From contig NC_092390.1 of the NCBI RefSeq assembly GCF_030028105.1, positions 16,214,507 through 16,278,506 of the forward strand: a stretch of 64,000 bases of DNA. Reading direction: 5' to 3'. A model generated the notes under the pieces. That model saw nothing but the letters and a program-made list of their open reading frames with translations, was not told the DNA's origin and did no database searches. This document shows positions 36,798 to 49,574 of the stretch, piece after piece. The DNA comes from Mobula birostris. Its lineage: Eukaryota. A program made the position numbers and the translations under genes. How positions within the stretch are numbered: the first letter of the stretch is position 1; every line of letters starts with the position of its first letter.

Positions 36798-37106
36798 CTC
36801 ATAGGAGGAGATTGGTTTATGATAACTCTTCAGAGCGTTGATGGCCTTGCCATATCCCAGCGCTCTCCATCTGTCACCCTGATGTGTATATGCTGTCTCC
36901 AGTACCTTCAGCTTGTCCGTGATGGCCTTGTTGTGGTTCACCTTCTTGCTTTCCGATGACTGAGAACACACCCATTTCCTGCTAACACCCTTTTCTGGGA
37001 GTTCAGGGCTGGCAGCTGGATGCCCATCCCCAGAAATCAGAGCCTGCAGGTCAAGCTGGGAGACACTGTCATCCTCAGAATCACTGTTGCTGTCAGCGTT
37101 GGAGAA
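36798..37106 (-). CDS. POLL: POLL exon, linker and start of 8-kDa domain (..[45 protein letters not shown])
   Basis: gtctcctcag| acceptor and GAG|gtaaga donor, 309 nt, phase 0-0. Confidence 0.95.
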
Positions 37107-37179
37107 CTGAGGAGACATTACAGAGGGGTTCAACGTATTAGAACACAGAACAGTACAGCACAGCATAAACACAAGGGAT

Positions 37180-38700
37180 TCCGCAGATGCTGGAGATAGA
37201 AGATCATAAAATGTAGGAGCAGAATTAGGGCACTCAGCTCATTGAGTCTGCTCTGCCATTCCATCATGGCTGAAGAAATTTCTCCTCATCGGTAGTCTGA
37301 ATGAAGTCCCTCTATTCTGAGGCTTTGCTCTCTGGTCCTAGGCGCCACCACTATGGGAAACATCCTCTCCACATCCACACTATCTACATCTCTCAATATT
37401 CGATACGTTTCAATGAGATCCCTCCTCATTCTTCTAAACTCCAGCAAGTACAAACCCAGAGCTATCAAAGGCTCCTCATACACTCCTCTAGTGATTATTT
37501 AAAGATCATTACTAATGCCTCCACAATGTCAGCCACCTCTTTCAGAACCCTTGCTGTTGTCCAGCTGACTTATCTACTTTCAGACCTTTCAGCTTCCCAA
37601 GCACCTTCTCCTTAATAGTAGCAACTGCACTCACTTCTGCCTCCTGACATTCTTGAATTTCTGGCATACTGTTTACGTCTTCCAAAGTGAAGACTGATGT
37701 AAAATACTTAAGTTTGTCCATCATTTTATCGTTCTCCATTACTACCCATCCAGAGTCATTTTCCAGCAGTCTGATTTTCACTCTTGCCTCTCTTTTACTC
37801 TTCATATATCTGAAAAAGCTTTTATTATTTAGTTTTATTTTATTGGCTAGGTTTCCATATTTCATCTTTTTTCTCTTTATGGCTTTGTTCGTTACCTTCT
37901 GCTGGTTTTTAAAAGCTTCCCAAGCCTTTAACTTCTCACTAATTTTTGTTATATGTGCCTCTTTACCTTTTATGCTGTCTTAAGTTTCCCTTGTTAGTCA
38001 CAGTTGTCTCATCCTCCCTTTAGAATATCTTTTTCATCTTTGTGATGTATCAATCCTGCGCTCTCCAAATTGTCCCCAGAAGCTCCAGCCATTGCTGTTC
38101 TCCCATCATCCCTGCTGGTGCCCCCTTCCACTTAACTTCCACCAGGTCCTCTCTCCAGCCTCTGTAATTCCCTTTACACTGTAATTCTGACACATCTGGC
38201 TTTATGGTCTCTCTCTCTCTCTCTCTCAAACTGCAGGGTGAATTCTATCATACTATGATCACTGACCCCAAAGGGTTCCTTTACCTTAAGCTCCCTGATC
38301 AAATCTGGTTCATTACACAACACCCAATCCAGAATTGCCTTTCCCCTAGTGGGTTTTCTTGGGATCCAGCACTAACCTAATTTTTCCAATCTACCTGCAT
38401 ATTGAAATCCCCCATTACTATTGTAACAGTGCTCTTTTAAAAGCCTTTTCTATCCCTCACTGTAATATGTATAACACATCCTGGCTACTGTTTGGACATC
38501 TGTATCTCCCTACCAAATTAGCTTAACAGTTCTAGCAAACCTACCCACAAGGATATTGATCCCCGTCGAGTTCAGGTGTATCCTGTCCTTTATGTACAGG
38601 TCATACCTTTCCCAATAAGAGATCGCAATGATCCAGAAATCTGAAACCCTGCCCCCTGCACCAATCCTATACTCCTCCAACTTGATAGACTGCAGATCCA
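37180..38700 (-). mobile_element. Decayed CR1 LINE fragments
   Basis: NNKSFFRYMKSKREARVKI, VLGKLKGLKVDKS, LEFRRMRRDLIETYRIL. ORF1 esterase remnant near 38560-38680. Confidence 0.8.
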
Positions 38701-38755
38701 ACAGAAGGCACCAGTGATAGTTGGGGTGGAGGAGGTAGGAAGTGTGTTACATTAC

Positions 38756-39255
38756 CTGGGCTGCGGAGTCCTGAAATGTTTCCACATTTTCCTTGGTGGT
38801 AATACCTTGCTGGTGCTCAACCAGAGGCTCCTTTGGCCTTGTGTTGTTCACATCCGGCAACAGTGAAGACTGCTTGTTCACCTCAGCACACTTGTTCCCT
38901 TCTTGCTCTTCACCCCCCGGTCTCTGAGGATGGTCCTGCTGTTCTGGTGGCTGACGGTCATCCAGGCTGAAGATGCTGTAGCCCGAGGGGCTCAGAAGTC
39001 TCCGCTCTGAGATACACGAGCTGAGCCAGGCGGAGCGCAACACATGGACACCGGGAGGACGCACCTCACACCTCAGGAGCCGCAGGGCTCGGTCACAGTC
39101 CATCCCATCTTCCACGATCACGTGGGTCACTGCTGGGCCGAAGGCCAGGAGGACCTCGCCACCATTCTGTGTGATCTGCTTCTGAAAGATTTCCGTCCGG
39201 GTCTTTCCGATCCCCGCCTGGACGATATATGCTGTCACTCCACTCAGCCACTGCT
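38756..39255 (-). CDS. POLL: POLL BRCT-domain exon (EQWLSGVTAYIVQAGIGKTRTEIF..VTHVIVEDGMD..SAWLSSCISERRL)
   Basis: ctctctgcag| acceptor and CAG|gtaatg donor, 500 nt. BRCT matches the human sequence. The linker downstream is divergent. Confidence 0.93.
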
Positions 39256-42015
39256 CTGCAGAGAGGCAAGAAAGGCAGCAAGGATTGTAAAAACCCAGTT
39301 GCACTGTGTGAGAGGCGCTGACACCATTTGCAATGAGCTGGGACTGCAGTACTTGTGGACCTGAAAGGACAGCGGTAACCAGTGATCAGAGGTCACAAGA
39401 CGAGAAGGCAGAAAATGCCACTCCAGCCTGGCTTCCCTCGCCCAGAGTTGTCACTACCTGGAACAAGCTACTCAAAAGGATAGTGGAGTCAGATTATAAA
39501 CAAGAGATTCTGCAGATGCTGGAATTCTTCAGCAACATACTCAAAATGCTGGAGGAACTCAGCAAGTCAGGCAGCATCTATGGAGGGGAGTAGAACAGTC
39601 GACATTTCAGGCCGAGACCCTCCATCAGGACTAGAAAGGAAGGGGGCAAGAGCCAGCATATGTAAGTGAGGGGCAGGGAAGGATTACAAGCTGGCAGGTG
39701 ATAGGTGAAATCAGGTGAGGGGTGAGTGGGTGGGTGAAGGACTGTATTAGGTTAGTGGGCCTCCTATCCAGAGGTTGGCACTAATGATCAGGAATCTGTT
39801 CAAATCCCACCACAGCAGCCAGAGAATTTAAATAAATCTGGAATAAAGAGCAAGATCACAAAACTACTGAGAGATACAGAAATGCATCTGGCTTATTAGT
39901 GTCTTCAGGAACAAAATCTGCGTTTGTAACTAAACCTGCAAGAAAATGAATCTCAGAGTAGTAAATGGTAGTATATACATACTTTGATAATAAATTCTAC
40001 TTTGACTTTGTTTCCCACCCCCTCCACCCACTTTGCAGCTTAAAACATGGTTGTTTCTCACTTTCCCAGTTCTGAGGAAGGGGCCAGGCACATTTACTCT
40101 CTTTCTCTTTCTGTAGATGCCGCCTGCCCTGCCAGGAGTGCCATGCGTTTTCTGTTTTTATTTTAACACAAGTGAGTCGTTCAAGAGTACATAGGGACAG
40201 CAGTAAATGCCAGTTTGCCAGTGATGGCACATGCCATGAGCAATTAAACAAAAAGCACATTTTGAAAGGTTGACACAGGAGATTCTGCAGATCTTGAGCC
40301 ACACACACAAAATACTGGAGGGACTCAGCAGGTCAGACAGGAGGAAGATAAAAGCTGAGGTTCTAAATACTAACGATTGGCTTTATTTGTCACATGTGCA
40401 TTGAAACATGCAGTAACATATGTCATTCGCATCAATGACCAACACTGTCTGAGGACAGCCTTCAAGTGTTGCCATGCTTCCAGCGCTGACATAGCACGCC
40501 CACAACCTACTAACCTTAACCCGTATGTCTTTGACTGTGAGAGGAAACTGGAGCATTTGGAGGAAGCCCACAAGTCACGAGGAGAACATGCAAACTCCTT
40601 AAAGACAGCAGTTTTAATTGAACTGGGGTCATTGGCGCTGTAGAGCGTTGTGCTAACTGACAAGTTTTCTGGGATGAGACCCTTCATGCAGATTGCCTGA
40701 CTTTGCTGAGCTCCTCCAGCATTTTGTGTGTTGCTTTTGAAAGGCTGTACACTCGAACAGATGACTTTCTCAGAGACAGAGGTGGTGGCATCCGTTAGTC
40801 TTGCGAGACCATGGACAGGCACAATAACCTGAACAGGCTGAAGGCACCTGCTGCTCTCTGGTGCCCAGTAAACTTCGGTGCAGTGATTTTTCTTTGTTCA
40901 GCAGAGCAGACTCTGCTGTGAGTCACCCGTAAAAAAGCTCCCACTTGCTCCAGGCACCAGGTGTAAAAAAAAGTTATCGAACATTACCAAAGAAAACTTC
41001 AGCGGCAGGTTGACTTGAGCTTCTTAACTGAGAACATGGATGACTGAATAGAGGTCGATAAGAACGTGTAAAGAATTAATTTGTCGACTCACAGACAACA
41101 GAGAATTTATGACAAGCCTTCTGCGTCAGTGCCAGGCAACAAGGTAGTGTAACACTTTACATCACCCACTGTATGGAATTTGCACGTTCTCCTCGTGACA
41201 ACGTGCATTCCCTCTGGGTGCTCTGCTTCCAAAAACATTTGGGTGAGGGTCAGTAAGTTGTGGACTTGCTATGATGGCAGTCAGTAGATACCTGTGAGCT
41301 GCCCCCAGCACATCCCGGTATTGCGCTGGTAGTTGACGCAAATGACGCAGATGTTTCGACGTACATGTGACAAATACAGATAATCTTTAATCTGATAATC
41401 TGTACTTAGTACTTAGCCCTGTAACTCTGCAGATCACAGCACTTCAAGCTCCTATGAAAGTTGCAAAACAGAACAGCACGTATTCTGAATTGTTAATACA
41501 GCGGTGTAACAAAACACCGTAGCCAGTTTGTGCACAATATAAACAGAACTGTGGCAAAAGCAGTCTGTAATAAATACACACAGTCTCTAGTTTACAGTGG
41601 TTTTAAAGTTCACACAGTCGGGGTGTGGATACTGAATATTAAGAGCTGGCCAGAGTGGACATGCAGAAGTTGTTCCCAGTAGCGAGACAGTCTGGGACCA
41701 GAAGGCATAACCTCAAAATAGAAAGATTCAGAATACAGTAGAAGGATATCCCTTTAGAACAGATGAGAAGGAACTTCTTTGGCCAGAGAGTGGTGAATCT
41801 GTGAAATTCATTGCCACAGACAGCTGTGGAAGCCAAGTCATTGGGCATATTTATAGCAGAGGTTGATAGGTACTAGCAAGGGTGTCAAAGGTTACAGGGA
41901 TAAACAGTTGAAAGGGAAAATAAATTAGGCAAGATCGAATGACAGAGCAGACTTGATGGGCTGAATGGCTTACTTCTGCTCCTATGTCTTAAGGCGAAGA
42001 TCACGGCTAGCTTAC

Positions 42016-42127
42016 CTTCGACTTCCTTTGGCTTTGCCTTTTTCTGGGGTGTCCCTGCTGTGATTGAGTGGATCTCCTGGCCTCGTTTCACCTTTCGAAA
42101 TGCCTTTACGATCCCCTGAGGCTCCAT
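42016..42127 (-). CDS. POLL: POLL first coding exon MEPQGIVKAFRKVKRGQEIHSITAGTPQKKAKPKEVE (exon probably starts at 42170)
   Basis: ATG at 42127 and GAAG|gtaagc donor. Resembles human MDPRGILKAFPKRQK. An upstream acceptor follows a pyrimidine tract at 42171-42173. Exon sum is 1755 nt = 584 aa + stop. Confidence 0.9.
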
Positions 42128-45100
42128 GCACAGCACGCCTGTTGATTGCCAGGGCTAGTGGTCCACCCACCTGTTCAACGATTCACAGGAAAGAAAGAGA
42201 CAAGAATCACTACCTGTTCTCCTCACAAGATTAATTTGCTTGTGGGCATTCACAGTAAATATAAAGAAACAGAATAGAATCGATGAAAAACCACACACAA
42301 GACGAACACCCAGCATGCATAAGACAACAAACAGTGCAAACACAAGTAGCAAAAACCCCCAAAATAATATTAATAAATAAATAAAGAATAAATATTGAGA
42401 ACATGAGATGCAGAGTCCTTAAAAGTGAGTGCATTGGTTGTAGGAACAGTTCAGTGTTGGGTGAAGATATCCCCCAGTTCAAGAGCCTGATGGTTGAGAG
42501 GTAATGACTGTTAGTGTGGGTCCTGAGGCTCCTGTACTGCAGCAGTGAGAAGACAGCATGGCCTGAAAGGTGGGGGTCCTTGCTGATGGTTGATGCTTTC
42601 CTCCAACAGCATCTCCTTATAAATTTGCTCAATGGTGGGGAGGACTGTATGCATTACTTCTAGTAAGATTTCCATTCAAGGGCATTGGTGTTCAAGGTCG
42701 TGAAGAAACCAGTCAATATACTCTCCACAACACACCTACAGAAGTCTGTCCAAAGTTTCAGATGACATACCGAGTCTCTGTAAACTTATAAGAAAACAGA
42801 GGTGCTGCCTTTCCTTTTTTGTAATGGCACTTACACACTGGACCCAGGATAGGCCACTGAAATAGTAACACTGAGGAATTTGCAGTTGCTGACCATCTCC
42901 TCCTCCGATTCCCCTGATGAGGACTGGCTCAGGGACCTCCAGTTTCTGGCTCTTGTAGTCAGTAATCAGCTCCTTGGTTTTGCTGGCTTTGAATGAGAGT
43001 TGGTTTCTGTAGCGCCATTCAACCAGGTTTTTAATCTCCGTGTGCTGATTCAACACAATCTTTGATTCAGCCAATGACTGTGATGTCATCAGCAAACTTA
43101 AACCTGGCACTGGAATTGTCTAGACACAACTATTGTTGGCAGGATTTCAGAGGGTGACAAAATTGTATGCAGGTGCGAGATAGATCAGCTGGTGAGAGGT
43201 GACACAGCAACAAGCTTGCACTCAACGTCAGTAAGACCAAAGAATTGGCTGGAGACTTCAGAAAGGGTAAGAAGAGAGCATGCACACCAGTTCTCATCAA
43301 GGGATCAGTAGTGGAAAGAGTGAGCAATTTCGAGTTCCTGGGTGTCAACTTCTCTCGAGGATTTGTCCTGGGCCCAGCATACCAATGCAGCTACAAAGAA
43401 GGCATGACAGCAGCTACGTTTCATTAGGAGTTTGAGGAGACTTGGTAAGTTAAAGATACTTGCAAATTTCTACAGTTGTACCATGGACAGCTTTCTAACT
43501 GGCCACATCACCATCTGTACGGAGTGGCGGGGGGGCCACTGCACAGGATCGAAAAACGCCGCAGAAAGTTGTAAACTCAGTCAGCTCCATCGTGGGCACT
43601 GGCCTCACCAGCATCCAGGACACCTTCAAGGAACGATGCCTCAAGAAGGCAACATCCACCATTAAGGTCACCCATCACCCTCTTCTCACTGCTACCATCA
43701 GGGAGGAGGTACAGGAACCTAAATGCACACTCAACAATTCAGGAATAGCTTCTTCCCCTCTGCCACCAGATTTCTGAATGGACATTGAACACTACCTAAT
43801 TTCCTTTTTTGCAAAACTTATATAACTTTTTAAAAATATTCACTTTCTGTAATTTAGCTTTTAGTTATTATATATTGTAATGGTACTGCCAAACAACAAA
43901 TTTCACGACATATGCCAGTGATATTATGGGAACTAAGCACAGAGGCATGCAGTACACATGCGCTGATGGTGATCGTGGAGAAAATGTCGCCAATCTGAAC
44001 TTACTGGGGTTTGCAAGTGAGGAAATCGAGGATCCAGTTGCACAAAGGTACTGAGGCCGAGGTCTTGAAGCTTATTGATTAGTTTTGAGGGGTTGATAGT
44101 ATTGAATGCCGAGCTGTAGTCAATGAAGAGCATCCCGATGTATGTGTCAGATGTTCCAGGTACCAGTGAAGAAAAAATGAAATGCCATCTGCTCAGACAG
44201 GAGCTGACATGTTTCATCACTGACCTCTCAAAGCACCTCATTACAGTGGATCCAAGTGCTACTGGACATAAGTCACTTAGGCAGGATACCGTGTTTCTCT
44301 TGGGCACCGGTATTGAAGCAGGCGAGTATCTTTGATTACTGCAGCGAGAGTACTGGTCAACAATCAGCCAGTTGACCAGTACTCAGCCTGGTACTCCGTC
44401 CGGCCTTTCTGTGAGTTCACCTTCTCTCACGTTGGACTCATAGTCTGAAATCACAGGGCCGTTCGGGGCTGTAGTTTTCAAAGGTGCCTCCACGTTTTGT
44501 CGGTTATTCCGACAAGAATAAACAGTTAATGTTCTGAGCTGAGACCCTTCACCATATCTCAGACCAAAATGTCAACTGGTCATTCCCCTCTATAAACGCT
44601 GCCTGACCTGTAGAGTGCCTCCAGCATTTTGCATGTGTTCCTCAAGATTTCCAGCATCTGCAGAATCTCTAGTGTTTATGAGTGTGATTTAGTGGCATGC
44701 CAGAGAGTGCATTGCAACCACAGTGCTATTGTCACTTGACTAAAGATTGGCACAAGGAAGCTGCCCCGGCAGAGGCACATTGCATGAAATCTGCTGTGAA
44801 CTTTTCTTTGATAATTCATTTCTCATAAGCTCCATTGTGATGTAGTCCCAAGAAGCAGGTAAACACAAGTTTCTTCAAGAGTTGGGGTGGTAGCCAGTAT
44901 TAAGAGCTGAAGAGAAGGAGTGGGGCAGGAGCAGCAAATGATGGGTGGATCAAGATGAGGAGAGGTGTTAGGCAGATGGAGGAGTGGAGAGGGGAGATAA
45001 TGAGAGAGGATGGGAGGGAAGTGGGAGATGGAAGATGATTGGTGATGGGAAGCTATATTCCCTCTATCTTCACACAAGATGTAAGGTCTTAACGTAAAAC

Positions 45101-46041
45101 GTTCACTGTACATTTCCCCCTACAGAAGTGGCCTAGACACACAAAATGCTGGTGGAACGCAGCAGGTCAGGCAGCATCTATAGGAAGAAGTACAGTCGAC
45201 ATTTTGGGCTGAGACCCTGATGTGGCCTAACTGAGTTCCTCCAGCATTTTATGTGTTGCTCCAGATTCCAGCATCTTTAGTCTCTCACATCTCCTTTGCC
45301 ATAAACTCCAGCACCCTACCCTACTATGTAAATATCAAAATACTGAAACTCCAGGGAATGGACTTCATGTGTCAGAATCCATGGAATGATGATACAAGCA
45401 ATCTGCTGCCTTGGACGAAAGAAATTGTCAACATTTTCCGTCAAAACCCTGCATCACAGACCCACTGAGTCCCTGCAGCAGGTGGTTCGCTGCTCCTAAT
45501 TCCAGCGTCTTGTGCCTGCATGGGTTGGATTCCACGGGTCGTGTCCCGTCGTTAAGATTCGACAGCCTGTAGCCCATGGGAAAGATTCCATTGGACGCAG
45601 TTCAATGATTGGACTCCACGGGTTGAATCCCGGGTGTTAGGTCCCAAGGGAAAGATCGGGGGCTGGAGTTCCTGTGTTGCATCCTAGGAAGTGGGAGTCT
45701 GGCAGGTGGATCGCAGGTCTCAGCTCCAGTGGCCGGATTCCTGGGGAGGAGTCCGTGGACACTGGTCAGATCCAGGCGGAGTGGCGTCCATGCTCAGGCT
45801 CCCGCCCAAACCCCAGCTGCTGGCATTTTAAATTAAAATGATCAGTAGCGACGCCCCATTGGGCAAGGAACCGCCAATCAGAGACGGACAGGTGAGGCCT
45901 GACTCTACCGGACTGTGAAATCAGTGACAACATTAATCCAGCTCCGGCCTTGAGCCACCGGGGATCTCCCGCCTCCTCCTAAATCCGCCCTTTTCTACCG
46001 CCTCCCACCCTCCATTCCCTCCCCGACCGTCCTCACCTCAC

Positions 46042-46120
46042 CGGAAATGCCCGAAGCAATGAAACCACTTCCGGCGTGGTCCGGCCCTCCCCTCACTCAC
46101 TCACTCATTACATTTATAAT
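46042..46120 (-). other. POLL: Probable non-coding first exon of POLL (5' boundary approximate)
   Basis: Minus-strand donor CCG|gtgagg at 46042/46041 inside the CpG island, head-to-head with DPCD. The first coding exon has a splice acceptor, so an upstream exon is needed. Confidence 0.5.
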
Positions 46121-46305
46121 TTAAAATCTCCCTCACACACTAAAACCAAGCTGCGCCGAGAAGCAGGACACAGGGCGGGAGCGAGTGACTCCGCCAGCAA
46201 TGTTTAAGGAAATCAGTGCAGGGGGCGAGGTTCAGGTGTGAGGGGTCAGGGGTCGGGGATCAGCGCGGCGCCGTTGCTGTGGAAACGGAGCAGCGGCCGG
46301 GCGCG

Positions 46306-46369
46306 ATGGCGGCGGGGAGTTGGCTGGGCTGTCTGAGGGCGGCGGAGAAAACAGCGATGGTTCAGGAAG
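46306..46369 (+). CDS. DPCD: DPCD exon 1 MAAGSWLGCLRAAEKTAMVQE
   Basis: gcgATGG start and GAAG|gtgagc donor, 64 nt. Matches human [21 protein letters not shown]. Confidence 0.93.
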
Positions 46370-47534
46370 GTGAGCAGTGGGGAAGCCCGGGGCCGGGGGG
46401 TGATAATCCAACCATGAGCTTCAATGATTCTGTGCAAGCTTAGGCTAAGTTTGCACAGAATCATTTGTTTTGTTTGTTATAGTTTTAAATATTATGTCAA
46501 TACAATTTAAATTTGTTTATTCTGGTGTGAGCTGAATTATTGCGTTCTGGCGAACGGTAGACTTGCTCAGGTGGGTCAGTGTTCATACAAGTTTTCCTTT
46601 ATTCCTCATTTTCCCTTAAAGGGACATTCATGCTTTTATGTTTGTCTTTACCCGAATCGTATTTACCCCAGAACAGCTGATTTATTGGAAATGGCCTTTG
46701 CACTGTTGTTCCGCATGCAGTGTAGAGTTATGTTGCTTATAGTTTGCATTCGCAGTAACAGCTAATTCGTTACGAGCCTGCGGTGAGAGGGTTACACATG
46801 AACATCAACACCTATTTCGTTTCAAAGAGCAGCAATCTAGGGAAGTCGCCATGCCTCCAGTGGTAATGTAGCACACCCACAACTTACTAACCCTAACTTG
46901 TACATCTTTGGACTGTGGGAGGAAGCTGGAGCACTCGGAAGAAACCCACACGTTCATTGGGAGAACATACGAACTCGTTACAGACAGTGGAGGAATTCAA
47001 CCCGGGTCGTCAGCACTAACTGCTACAGTACAGAACCTAAGAGTGTGCGGGTGTTGTTACACATTCCGGCGCCAACACACCATGCTCATAATGTTCAGCA
47101 GAACATTATAGACCATAAGACACAGGAGCAGAATTAGGCCATTCAGCCTGTCGAGTCTGCTCTGCCGTTCCATCGTGGCTGATTCCAGATCCCACTCAAC
47201 TCCACACACCTGCCTTCTCGCCATATCCTCTGATGCCCTGACCGATCAGGAAAGGATCAACTTCCGCCTTAAATATATACACGGATTCAGCCTCCACCGC
47301 AGTCTGTGGCAGAGCATTCCAGATTTACTACTGTTTGGCTAAAAAAAATTCCTCGTTACCTCTGTTCTAAAGGGTCGCCCCTCAATTTTGAGGCTGTGCC
47401 CTCTAGTTCTGGATACCCCCACCATAGGAAACATCGTCTCCACGTCCACCCTATCTCGTCCTTTCAACATTGAGTAGGTTTAAATGAGATCCCCTGCATT
47501 TCTCTAAATTTCAGTGAGTTTGGGGTGCATTCAG

Positions 47535-47955
47535 GTAGATGGAGCTCGTCAGCCTGGGAAGGCAGTCTACCTAAGAGAGGGAAAACTCTGATTTCAAACC
47601 TCCGCTGCCTTGCGGCCATACCCACTCATGGGAAAGGCTTTGGGAGTAAACCCTGAGGACAAATCGGAGCTGGAGTCCCTAAGACAGTCCGACGTTGCCT
47701 TCAACCTCGTTCTGGCAGCTCCTGCGACGACACTGGTGCCAAACTGCATCGGCCCTTGCCCTTCCCTTGGACAACATTGATGGCGTGGAGAGGGGAGACT
47801 TGCAGCATGGGCAACTGCTGGTCTTTCATACAACCTTGCCCAGGCCTGCGCCCTGGAGAGGACATTCCAGCGTCGCCTGACCGCAATGGCACAGAAGCAA
47901 GACTTTCCGGGTGCAGATCCATAGTCTCGCGAGACTAACGAATACCACCAACCAA
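47535..47955 (+). mobile_element. Non-coding element resembling an RTE-clade LINE 5' UTR (older copy at about 6608-7125; matching end at about 40786-40820 on -)
   Basis: GGAAAACTCTGATTTCAAACC..GCCTTGCGGCCATACCCACTCATGGGAAAGGC..GTAAACCCTGAGG occurs in both copies. Family assignment is from recall only. Confidence 0.5.
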
Positions 47956-48816
47956 CCAATGGAATTCATTTAAGAGCCAGTGACATTTCAGGGCCAGGAG
48001 TCATGTATAGATGAGATAAGGGTTGAAGAATTTTGTTTATCAATGAACCAGGTGGGTTTCTGTGACATGCTGTGGAGAGAGTTTAGTGTAGGGGGAGGAT
48101 ATTGTGCAGATATAAGGAAGAGAATGGAGTTTAGAAGAAAGAGGGGAGATCTCATTGAAAACTATCAAATATTGAAAGGCCTGGGTGGAGAGGATGTTCC
48201 CTATATTGGGTGAGTCTAGGACGAGTGGGCACAGCTTCAGAATAGAGGGATGTTCATTTAGCACAGAGATGAGGAGGAGGTTCTTTAGCCAGAGGGTGGT
48301 GTATCTGTGGAACTTATTCCTACAGATGGCTGTGGAGAAGTCATTGGGTATATTTAAAGTCGAGGTTGATAGGTTCTTAATTAGGATGTCAAAGGCTATG
48401 GGGAGAAGGCAGTAAATGGGGTTGAGAGGGATAAAAAATTAGTCATGATGGAATGGTGGAGCAGACTCGATGTACAGAGTGGCCTAATTCTGCTCCTGTG
48501 TCTTAAGGCATTAACACTGCTGGTGCCAGAACAAGATGGGCATGGTGTGGAGATAAATGGAATCGGTTTAATATTGTCACATGTACCAAGATACAGTGAA
48601 AAGCTTGTCTTGCAAACTGCCCATTCAGATCAGATCATTACACGTGTGGTATGTTGATAAATTGGGATTGGTGAGTTTTCTGGAGTTGGCCAGAACCCAG
48701 CTAAGGCTTATTCTGTAGCACTGATAGTCTACCCTAAGCCTGTGAAAATAAAGATGCCAGTGGTGGTGATTGTTACTGACTGCTGAATCTGTACCTGACT
48801 GTCCCTGCAAACCCAG

Positions 48817-48897
48817 GTCGGAGGAAAGTACATTACATATTTCCTGATGGTGCCGAAATGGTGGAAGAGTATGAAGTTTGCAGTGACGAGCTCAAAG
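48817..48897 (+). CDS. DPCD: DPCD exon 2 GRRKVHYIFPDGAEMVEEYEVCSDELK
   Basis: cccag| acceptor and AAAG|gtgaga donor, 81 nt. Confidence 0.95.
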
Positions 48898-49574
48898 GTG
48901 AGAATTTGAAGTTAACTGTTAATTTCCTCTGGTAACTAGCTGGCTTAGTATGTTTTATTATTAACAAGTAACATCTGTATCATGCAAGTGCCAGCCAGTG
49001 TTCAATGACATTCATTGACACTGCCATCTCCCTCTCTCCTATCACCTATGGTGGGTCACCAGAAACTGAGCAGGACTGGCCACGTGACTGCAGCCAGAAC
49101 ACGGCAGGTGACTGTGTGTTTCGATGTACGTGAGGTAAATGAATCTGAATATGTGCTGTGTCAAGCTCGACAACACCTAGAACACTTGATGCTCACTTGA
49201 GGTACCCTTTTAATTCCTGATGAGGGAGAGTCCGTCATCGTGCCCGACGCCGGCCCCCTAGGCCTGAGTCGACATAGTAGTAGGTTAATTACTGGAAAAG
49301 TACTTTCTCCTTGTGGAGCGTATTGTGTGTTCAAGGCACTCCAATTACTCACCCAGGATACTCTTACAGCACCAGGTTCAGCAACGGTTATTATCGCTGA
49401 GCCATCAGGACATTGAACCATCACTGAAGTGCACTCACCTGAAGAAGCGTCTCGGCCTGAACTGTCAACTGTTTCCTCTTTTCCATAGATGCTGCTGGGC
49501 CTGCTGAGTTCCTCCAGCATTTTGTGTGTGTTACTTTGATTTCCAGCACCTGCAGAATTTCTCTTGTTTGTGGT

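Larger units (their letters stand above)
45780..46440. promoter_or_regulatory. CpG island / POLL-DPCD bidirectional promoter
   Basis: CpG-dense. ETS/GABP-type sites CCGGAAAT (46041-46048) and ACTTCCGG (46067-46074), opposed CCAAT boxes (45858-45862, 45874-45878), GC boxes. The head-to-head POLL/DPCD arrangement is known in mammals. Confidence 0.85.

Noticed and set aside
40899-40918. 8-bp stem, 4-nt loop hairpin CAGCAGAG-CAGA-CTCTGCTG
   Set aside because: Too short to exceed chance in 64 kb without other support.
42190-43930. Head-to-head Rex1 fragments as a single twin-primed insertion
   Set aside because: The arms look like differently diverged subfamilies and no TSD was found; independent insertions are simpler.
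45885-45897. Plus-strand donor CAG|gtgagg as an upstream DPCD exon overlapping POLL exon 1
   Set aside because: DPCD exon 1 has no convincing acceptor before its ATG, and the CCAAT boxes are too close to allow a plausible exon.
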